Part shown: piece after piece, positions 1 to 6,458 of the stretch
Layout of the letters: every line of letters begins with the position of its first letter
Position numbering within the stretch: the first letter of the stretch is position 1
Source: an uncultured bacterium
Lineage (GTDB): Bacteria; Patescibacteriota; Minisyncoccia; UBA6257; 2-01-FULL-56-20
NCBI GenBank assembly: GCA_963719425.1
Contig: OY970382.1
Span: forward strand, 455,100-519,099
Direction of reading: 5' to 3'
Length of the DNA: 64,000 bases
Notes under the pieces: model-generated
Databases searched by the model: none
Told to the model about the DNA's origin: nothing
Seen by the model: only the letters and a program-made list of their open reading frames with translations
Made by a program: the position numbers and the translations under genes

Positions 1-117
1 CGCTTCCTACGCATTCCTTGGCAGGTCTTATTCCCTTTTCGGCACTAACGCGCACGGGATGCCTGTGGTCTTTGGAAGTGTCCTCAGTATAGTGCGCCCG
101 CCGAATTTGTCAACCGC

Positions 118-1815
118 TCACTTACTCTCATCCTGAAGAGCTTTCAATTGCGCCTGGAGCGATTGCAATTGTGCCTCCAACTGCTGCAGCGTGGCTGCGG
201 CCGCGCTTGCGCTCGCAGCGTTTGTAGATTGTCCTCCGCCGTACAACGCATTCAGTGCAAGCCTTGTTTTCCCACCCACCACGCCCCAGCCGGTCGCCAC
301 AGGGCTTCCCGAGCACACGATGTTCTCATCGCACTGGAACTGCTGGACCGCTTTCTGCGTCAGCGTCCCGAAGAATCCTGTCGCGTAGTGAGAAGCGAGA
401 TATCCCTCCTGGATCAAAAACGTCTGCAAATTCTTGACGCCGCCGCTCCGAAGGCCGAGAAACAACGTCGTCGCAAATGTTGCCGATACCGACGTCGCGG
501 GTGGTACCGATGTCACGGGTACTGATGTCGCGGCAGGAAAAGCGACGGGGGCAACAGATGCGGCTTGAGCCGCCACCGTGGGCGCGGTCACGCTTGTGGT
601 TGCGGCAGCAGGCGCCGGCTGCACGGCCAATGTCTGAATGTTATACCGCAGCGCTTGTGCGGAGACATTGCCCGCCGCGTCGTAAGCGTCAACGGCATAG
701 TTGTAGCTTGTGTCAGAAGCGAGGCCTGTATCCACATACGAGGTAGAAGTCACAACCGCGATCTGTGCCTCGTCCCGATAGACGTGATATCCCGCAACGC
801 CCACGTTGTCATACGAAGGAGACCAGGCAAGATCTATTTCTGACACGGATACTGGTTTCGCGGAAAGATTAAAGGGTGCGCTGGGCGCCGACGTATCCGG
901 CGCGAGCGTGGTCCCCTGTACCGGATAGCTCTCGCCGGAAACATTCCCTTCCGCATCATATGCCGCAACATTATAAAGATAGCTGGTATTCGGGGAAAGC
1001 CCAGTGTCTTCGTATGACGTCGGCGTTGAAGAAACGTTCGCAATCTGCGATCCATTACGATAGATGTAATATCCGGCGACGATTCCATTGCGAGAAGCAC
1101 CCCACGTGATATCAATTTCGCCTGATGATTTCACGGTCACAAAGAGCGTGTTGGGCACGGAGGGCGGCGTGAGATTCGAGAATGTCGTCACGCTCGTCGC
1201 ATTGGAATAGGAATTGTTTCCTGCCGCATCATACGCCTCAACTTTATAGGTGTAGGTGTATCCCGGAAAGCGGCCAGTGTCGGTATATGTAGTTGCGGTA
1301 AATGGGTTTGTGATGCCGGGAATTTGGTTCCCATTGCAGTAAATATAATATCCTACGACGGCGATATTATCAGTGGCAGGATGCCAGGAAAGCACTATTG
1401 AAGAGGTGGCTGGCACAACCGAAATCCACGTGGGAGAGGAAGGAGGAGTGATGTCTTTCACGACCGAAATGGGAGAAGACGGAGCAGAGAGAGGAGAGAC
1501 ATTTCCTGCAGCATCATATGCGGCGACAGTATACGAATATACCGCCCCGGGAATAACCGCGTCCGTGTAACCTGTATTCTGGATATTTGCGACCAAGGTT
1601 CCGTTGCGATAGAGATAATATCCGGCGACGCCGACATTATCGGTAGGGGCGTTCCAGGAAACGCTTATCTGGTCATATTGCGACAAAGAGGCCGAAACTC
1701 CGGTAGGCGCAAACGGCGGACTTGTGTCTGTCTGACCATGAGCCGCGCCGGTCATGATAAGCAGACTGAAGAGAAAAGGGATTATCAAATACTTCCCTCT
1801 TTCCATTTTCATCAT
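118..1815 (-). CDS. Secreted fibronectin type III repeat protein with C-terminal peptidoglycan-binding domain
   Basis: Signal peptide; four FN3 repeats (W..DN..V.GY..YR.G...Y.Y.V.AYDAAGN); C-terminal LQ.FL...GY...TG.FG.LT..AV..FQ motif. Confidence 0.85.
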   Translation of the reverse strand: MMKMERGKYLIIPFLFSLLIMTGAAHGQTDTSPPFAPTGVSASLSQYDQISVSWNAPTDNVGVAGYYLYRNGTLVANIQNTGYTDAVIPGAVYSYTVAAYDAAGNVSPLSAPSSPISVVKDITPPSSPTWISVVPATSSIVLSWHPATDNIAVVGYYIYCNGNQIPGITNPFTATTYTDTGRFPGYTYTYKVEAYDAAGNNSYSNATSVTTFSNLTPPSVPNTLFVTVKSSGEIDITWGASRNGIVAGYYIYRNGSQIANVSSTPTSYEDTGLSPNTSYLYNVAAYDAEGNVSGESYPVQGTTLAPDTSAPSAPFNLSAKPVSVSEIDLAWSPSYDNVGVAGYHVYRDEAQIAVVTSTSYVDTGLASDTSYNYAVDAYDAAGNVSAQALRYNIQTLAVQPAPAAATTSVTAPTVAAQAASVAPVAFPAATSVPVTSVPPATSVSATFATTLFLGLRSGGVKNLQTFLIQEGYLASHYATGFFGTLTQKAVQQFQCDENIVCSGSPVATGWGVVGGKTRLALNALYGGGQSTNAASASAAAATLQQLEAQLQSLQAQLKALQDESK

Positions 1816-1994
1816 TGCTTTTTATCATAACATACTCTAGCGGTGTATTTTGAAGATAGTTCGAACGGAATTGCGCCCTCGCCGCGCTTCGCGCAACTCG
1901 GATGGGGCGGGGCGAAATGAAAGGAGGAGCCGCGAACATTAACAATTTCAAGTTTTTCTTTGGCGGAATACAGATTCAAGCGCGTGAAGTACGC

Positions 1995-2210
1995 ACAACC
2001 GTTCCTTCAAAAAAGAAGAGACTTCGCAATGCACGAAGCCCTTGAGTGGTGGCCAGATCCGGGGCGGACTTCAACGAGCTTTTGCTCTCCATCCGTTGGC
2101 CCGGACCTGGTTTCTAACACGCGTCTTGCCAAGGAACAGCTACTCTACTTGCTGGTGTCCTGGGGGGCCTTCCTCCGGTGGGTCTATACTCCCAGAGCCA
2201 ACCAGCACGT
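1995..2210 (-). ncRNA. Candidate structured non-coding RNA
   Basis: Lies downstream of a TTGACA-16-TATAGT promoter; nested stems TGCTGGT/ACCAGCA, CTGGG/CCCAG, GTTCCTT/AAGGAAC, CCAGGTCCGGG/CCCGGATCTGG; no convincing ORF. Confidence 0.5.
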
Positions 2211-2212
2211 TT

Positions 2213-2240
2213 ACTATATGCCAGCCAATGTTATTGTCAA
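2213..2240 (-). promoter_or_regulatory. sigma70-type promoter TTGACA-N16-TATAGT
   Basis: Reverse complement of actatatgccagccaatgttattgtcaa. Confidence 0.6.
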
Positions 2241-2412
2241 CTAATAGTAAAAAACCAAAAAAACAGCAAGATGCTGTTAATACTCCAAATCAAATTATGG
2301 AAAAATTTCTTTTGCCCTTATTGATACCTCCTTCTCGTTTTCGCCGAAGAATGAATACAAATTGGCCGCCGAGCGAAACGGGGCGGACGGCTCGCATTTG
2401 CAATTTCCCGAC

Positions 2413-2487
2413 TGGCGGGGGCGCCAGGATTCGAACCTGGAAGTCAGGATTTGGAGTCCCGCAGTTTGCCGTTGAGCTTACGCCCCC
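2413..2487 (-). tRNA. tRNA-Trp(CCA)
   Basis: GGGGGCG/CGCCCCC acceptor stem, anticodon loop CTCCAAA, GTTCGAATCC T-loop, encoded CCA. Confidence 0.95.
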
Positions 2488-3134
2488 GTTAAATGTAAAA
2501 ATGCTCTGGCGACAGCCAGCAATTGTCGCGCCAAATCATTGCTGTGATAGCGAACAGTTATACACCCTTGATAATTCTCCCGGATTCTCCTCCCCGTATT
2601 TGGCTTTCGACAAGATTTGATGAACTGCTGCTTATCAATACTAGTTATTTTTGACCAAAAATCAAGCTGTTTCTGCGCCGAATGGTAAGAATGAATATGC
2701 ACGCAAGGATGGAATTTTCCTTCATTAAGAACAAAAGATTGGCGTAGTAAACGGAGAAAAACCTTCACTAGTGTCGGATCTGAATTGGTGAATGCCATCC
2801 CGCTTTTCGGATTCTTGTTCCCTTCGCACCAGAACATCATTGCGCATATTATTTTTTTGTAATTAGGCCTCCGCTGAATCTCCTCGAGCGCCGCCTGAAA
2901 ATATTTTTCTCCAATAATCATTGTTTGGACGTGCCTTTTGGCGGCGCCGATAAATTGTCCTTGTTTAATGAGGCTGAGCAGTCGCGCTTGAGCTCGCTTG
3001 TCCAATATGATATCGCGCAGCCAAAGAGAAACCGTATTCGCGGGAACGCGTAAAAAACGACCGATTTCCTTTATGGAACGACCTTTCTGGCGAAGTCTGA
3101 TTGCTTCCTGCCGCATAACAGAAGAATATGCCAC
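2478..3134 (-). CDS. HTH plus LAGLIDADG-like (W-x-EG) protein; stop codon inside tRNA-Trp
   Basis: N-terminal HTH (GRSIKEIGRFLRVPANTVSLWL); MFWCEG...FTNSDP.L...F motif; GTG start assumed. Confidence 0.7.
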   Translation of the reverse strand: MAYSSVMRQEAIRLRQKGRSIKEIGRFLRVPANTVSLWLRDIILDKRAQARLLSLIKQGQFIGAAKRHVQTMIIGEKYFQAALEEIQRRPNYKKIICAMMFWCEGNKNPKSGMAFTNSDPTLVKVFLRLLRQSFVLNEGKFHPCVHIHSYHSAQKQLDFWSKITSIDKQQFIKSCRKPNTGRRIRENYQGCITVRYHSNDLARQLLAVARAFLHLTGA

Positions 3135-3187
3135 AAGATCATCATGGCACACGCGGGATTAAATAATTCTTAAAGAAAACTTGACGG

Positions 3188-3367
3188 CTATTTTCCGGTA
3201 ATCCTCGCCTCCTTGTGCACCGTTTGTTTGCGGCACCACTTGCAAAATTTCTTGAACTCCAGCTTCCGCTCCACGGTCTTCTTGTTCTTGGTCGTGTAAT
3301 AATTCCGCCGCTTGCAAACTGAACAGCGGAGGGTGATCAATTTGTCGGCACGTTTCACTTTCGCCAT
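3188..3367 (-). CDS. rpmG: 50S ribosomal protein L33 (Zn-binding type)
   Basis: [18 protein letters not shown]...[18 protein letters not shown]. Confidence 0.95.
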   Translation of the reverse strand: MAKVKRADKLITLRCSVCKRRNYYTTKNKKTVERKLEFKKFCKWCRKQTVHKEARITGK

Positions 3368-3435
3368 GGGAACTATTCTAGCGGATTGCGGAAAAATTCG
3401 CAAATCGCGCTCGCGTGCCACCTTGAACCACTTTG

Positions 3436-3721
3436 AGCCGATGGTCGGATTTGAACCGACGACCTACTCCTTCATCGCTACCTCAACTTCGCAACGCTTA
3501 TATGAGGATTAGACTGTATCTTGCGCATACCGCTTGTGGCGGTCGAGCGCCCCTTGTCAGTCGTTCGGGCGGGAAGAATGATTTTTCTCGCCACGGTCTT
3601 GGCCATCGCTCCACGCACTGGCTTTTAACCGTAATTCGGGATTCACGGGCGGGTTTCCCTGCCCGTGGGCATGACCCTTCGGTCCACCATGGAGTTGCTC
3701 TGCCAGCTGAGCTACATCGGC
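3436..3721 (-). tRNA. tRNA-Thr(GGT) interrupted by a group I intron (exons 3686-3721 and 3436-3472)
   Basis: Spliced product GCCGATGTAGCTCAG...ACTCC-ATGGT|AA-GGAGT...GGTTCAAATCCGACCATCGGC-T folds as a full cloverleaf. Confidence 0.9.
3473..3685 (-). ncRNA. Group I self-splicing intron, 213 nt, at tRNA position 36/37
   Basis: 5' exon ends in U and intron ends in G; P1 CATGGU/GUCAUG has the U-G pair at the splice site; P7 formed by R-like AACGACTGA and S-like AAGATACAGTC. Confidence 0.85.
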
Positions 3722-4311
3722 ATTTTCTCTTTTGAAACCAAGTCAACCAATAAGTCCCGCAACTTCTTATTGTGATACATCACAGTCATAACTCCGTATT
3801 GGCTCTTTCTTCTATAGGTACCCAAGTGGCCGGACTTTGTGACGATTGGTTTATTGATTTGGTCCCTCTCTATATTAAGTTTTTTAATCCAAAAGTCCAG
3901 AGCTTCCTCTGTGTCAATATCGTTGAACAATTGCAGACCAAATTTTAGATCTTCCTTGCGAATGTAAAATATCTTGATAAGGAAACTGATAAATATTTTA
4001 ATAAGCGCCGGATCGGTGTTACCAAGACGAACCGATGACAAATTGGCCTTAGTCCCTTCTCCCCAATAAAGACCGATACCCAACCCAAATAGTTTCGCCT
4101 TCTCCGCGGTATTGGGCTTATGAAAGCGGAATGGGTCGCCGTTTGGATTCCTCTTTACATACGTCGCTTCGTTGCGAGTCCGTCTAGGAATTTGATATTT
4201 TTCCATCCAATACGAAATCGTATGCAAAGAGCAATTCAAGATAGTGGCAATATCTTGCATAGATTTATTCTCACCTTTGTAGAGTTTGACCAAAACGGGC
4301 TTTTTGATCAC
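3712..4311 (-). CDS. HTH plus LAGLIDADG-like (LYWGEG) protein; stop codon inside tRNA-Thr(GGT)
   Basis: SMQDIATILNCSLHTISYW HTH; GLYWGEGTK...LGNTDPALI motif; homologous to 2478-3134. Confidence 0.75.
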   Translation of the reverse strand: MIKKPVLVKLYKGENKSMQDIATILNCSLHTISYWMEKYQIPRRTRNEATYVKRNPNGDPFRFHKPNTAEKAKLFGLGIGLYWGEGTKANLSSVRLGNTDPALIKIFISFLIKIFYIRKEDLKFGLQLFNDIDTEEALDFWIKKLNIERDQINKPIVTKSGHLGTYRRKSQYGVMTVMYHNKKLRDLLVDLVSKEKMPM

Positions 4312-4375
4312 GTCTCAACTTTACCAAAAAGACATTAAAAAATTGTTAAATATTGATTGGGAGTATACTGATGGT

Positions 4376-4786
4376 ATGGAACTCCAAGTCGGCGTCAAGG
4401 CTCTTCTTCAAAATAAGAGCGGCAAGTACCTCCTCGTACGCCGCTCATCCGAAAAATATCCGGAGGTTGGCGCACAGTGGGACATCGTCGGCGGGAGAAT
4501 CAATCCGGGCACCCCACTCATTGATAACCTGAAAAGGGAAATCAAAGAAGAGGTGAATTTGGATCTGGTTGAGGCGCCGAAACTCATTGCGGCTCAAGAT
4601 ATTTTAAGGGTTCCCGGCAGACACGTCGTCAGGTTGACCTATCTGGGCAAGATTGACGGACAACCAAAACTGAACGATGACCATGTAGAGTGTCAATGGT
4701 TCGCCCTGGAAGAAATCAAAAAACTGGATGCTTTGGATATCTATTTCAAAGCGCTCCTTGATGACGGCAAGTTTGATAACGGTTGA
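4376..4786 (+). CDS. NUDIX hydrolase
   Basis: GGRINPG...LKREIKEEVNL Nudix box. Confidence 0.85.
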   Translation: MELQVGVKALLQNKSGKYLLVRRSSEKYPEVGAQWDIVGGRINPGTPLIDNLKREIKEEVNLDLVEAPKLIAAQDILRVPGRHVVRLTYLGKIDGQPKLNDDHVECQWFALEEIKKLDALDIYFKALLDDGKFDNG

Positions 4787-4857
4787 GCCGGAGAGAGGAG
4801 TCGAACCTCCAACCTCTGCTTTACAAAAGCATTGCTCTGCCATTGAGCTACTCCGGC
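4786..4857 (-). tRNA. tRNA-Thr(TGT)
   Basis: GCCGGAG/CTCCGGC acceptor stem, loop TTTGTAA, GTTCGACTCC T-loop. Confidence 0.93.
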
Positions 4858-4924
4858 GGCTTTCGCAACCCACCTATATTATAGGACGATAACAGTTCTG
4901 TAAACATGAGTCCCTCTTGAGATG

Positions 4925-4946
4925 GTTCGAATCCTGTCCTGTGCAG
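4925..4946 (+). other. 22-bp primary (attB-half-like) site GTTCGAATCCTGTCCTGTGCAG of cassette array A
   Basis: 21/22 identical to the reverse complement of 41605-41626; resembles a tRNA segment from T-loop to discriminator with no tRNA body. Confidence 0.75.
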
Positions 4947-5029
4947 GGTCTTTACGTCGTCATTCGATAGTGATACAATATTCTACAGATGAGAGGCGTG
5001 GGACGATCCACAGAAACGAGGTTAAGGCA

Positions 5030-5269
5030 ATGCAAGCATCAAAACAAGAAATCCTCGATCAAGCCATCGAGGAACTCGCTGATCTCAACGTCAACACTTA
5101 CAACAACCTCCGGGCCCGGAACATCGTGACCATTGGGGACGTTGTTAAGCTCACGAGGGATGAGTTGCAGCGAGACACCCCGCAAGCGCGGCGGATGACA
5201 AAGGGAATGCTGGCCGACCTTGAGGGGGGACTTGCCAAGTTGGGCCTCTCCCTCCGGCCCTCGCAGTAA
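5030..5269 (+). CDS. Stand-alone RNA polymerase alpha C-terminal-domain-like protein (79 aa), copy 1
   Basis: IEELADLNVNTYNNLRARNIVTIGDVV...L..L...L.KLGLSL matches the alpha-CTD pattern; GAGG RBS; TTTACG-17-TACAAT promoter at 4951-4979. Confidence 0.8.
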   Translation: MQASKQEILDQAIEELADLNVNTYNNLRARNIVTIGDVVKLTRDELQRDTPQARRMTKGMLADLEGGLAKLGLSLRPSQ

Positions 5270-5365
5270 AACCACGGAAGGCAGGGGTTCGGACACCTCG
5301 TCTGCACTCCTGCCTTTCAAGCCTAAATTCACAAACTCATTGCGAATTGAGGCTTGGAGAGAAGT

Positions 5366-5392
5366 GTTCGAAAATCGTCCAGACCCGTGCAC
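5366..5392 (+). repeat. 27-bp cassette-end site GTTCGAAAATCGTCCAGACCCGTGCAC
   Basis: One of five copies with consensus GTTCGAARATCGTCCAGRCCVGTGCAS. Confidence 0.85.
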
Positions 5393-5490
5393 CTATTTTC
5401 AAAATCCAGATCGTTAGGTTCTGAAAAAAGGTGGGGAGATGCAAAGATGTTATCTTGCAGAGCTCCCACAGTCCGATTGGGCTAGGAGTC

Positions 5491-5961
5491 TTACCGTCGG
5501 ACAGGAATCCAAGGTCGGACCTTCTTGCTGAGGCTGACAATGCTTCGGCACAAAGGGGCGAGCAGGTATCGCTTAACTGCCTTCCCTCCATAGAAGAGTC
5601 CAACGCACAGAACTACCAAGACAAGCATGATCTGGACCGTAAGCGTGAGCCCGGTGAACACATGGATCCAACTTTGTGGTTCCCAAGAGGCTGGGTCGGG
5701 GTCATGGGGGTCTGGATCTTGGGCGATATAGAAGACAGTGGCGGCGACCGCCCCCACGAGCGTAACAATCGCCGGAACCTTCAGGCCCTTTGCGATTGCG
5801 CCCAACAGGTGACCCACAGAGAGTTTCTTGCCCACGATCAACTCTCCTTTCCGAGCGGCCCTGACAACCGGCCTGGGAACGTAAATCAGAACGTAAACTA
5901 GGATGATCACGCCGACAATCTTCCAGCACACTGCGTCACTCAAAGGATCAAGGATACTCAT
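5491..5961 (-). CDS. Hypothetical membrane protein (cassette cargo)
   Basis: Three hydrophobic segments; GGAGG RBS before MSILDP. Confidence 0.65.
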   Translation of the reverse strand: MSILDPLSDAVCWKIVGVIILVYVLIYVPRPVVRAARKGELIVGKKLSVGHLLGAIAKGLKVPAIVTLVGAVAATVFYIAQDPDPHDPDPASWEPQSWIHVFTGLTLTVQIMLVLVVLCVGLFYGGKAVKRYLLAPLCRSIVSLSKKVRPWIPVRR

Positions 5962-6126
5962 CCGTTTTGCCTCCGTTTGAATTCGAGTGCCCCTTCGGGA
6001 CGTCCTAAGAAGTTTTCGCACCGAAGTTGAAGGGAACCTCTCGTCTAGGTCCTATTATATCAGGAGGATATCCTATTGTCAATACTTACTTCGCAAAACG
6101 GGCTTTTTTTGCTAAAAGCCAAGATC

Positions 6127-6153
6127 GTTCGAAGATCGTCCAGGCCGGTGCAC
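6127..6153 (+). repeat. 27-bp cassette-end site GTTCGAAGATCGTCCAGGCCGGTGCAC
   Basis: Consensus match; the preceding ~50 bp also resemble the reverse complement of 41028-41076. Confidence 0.85.
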
Positions 6154-6183
6154 TTTGGTATAGGGATTAGCAAATGACCGTTC

Positions 6184-6357
6184 GGCCGCATGCGCATAAT
6201 GCTTGCGGGGAGTTCTCGGAGGCGCTCGCAGCTTGGTCCCAGCCGTAATTTTTCGTAATAAAAATACGGCTGGGTGCGAACGCCGAGAGAACAGGGTGGC
6301 TCGCGCCGCAGGAGCGCGAGAACACCCGTGCCCCGCAAGCATTATGCGTATGCGGCC
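6184..6357 (+). repeat. Branched palindromic element E1
   Basis: 26-bp terminal inverted repeat GGCCGCATGCGCATAATGCTTGCGGG; inner TCTCGGAG and CCGCAGGAG motifs shared with E2. Confidence 0.7.
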
Positions 6358-6458
6358 AAGCTATCTTTTTAAGCAAATTTTTAGTATCATGTAAGAGAAA
6401 TCAATATTTTATCCGATGTTCTGCATCCTCGCTTGCGGGGGCAACATAAAGAACTATA

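Larger units (their letters stand above)
1840..2418. mobile_element. Non-autonomous mini-island at the 3' end of tRNA-Trp (LSR att arms, no recombinase)
   Basis: GCGG core at 1840-1843 and 2415-2418. Joining the ends gives in-frame ...SFSPKNEYKLAAERNGADGSHLQFPDW|RCILKIVRTEL, parallel to KLWW|CLYHSVRTHF at the tRNA-Ala island attP. Confidence 0.65.
4941..5392 (+). repeat. 452-bp cassette, inverted near-identical copy at 40555-41006
   Basis: Identity begins and ends exactly at the GTGCA(C/G) cores; one difference seen (TTTACG vs TTTACA). Confidence 0.95.

Noticed and set aside
5366-6153. 27-bp repeats as a CRISPR array
   Set aside because: Spacing is 300-761 bp, irregular and gene-containing; no cas genes in the window.
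4925-6153. Classical integron (attC/IntI) or Xer-dif modules
   Set aside because: No GTTRRRY/RYYYAAC attC hairpins, no tyrosine recombinase, and no dif 11-6-11 layout.
6191-6201. TGCGCATAATG resembling the XerC arm of dif
   Set aside because: No XerD arm (TTATGTTAAAT) follows; it is simply part of the E1 inverted repeat.
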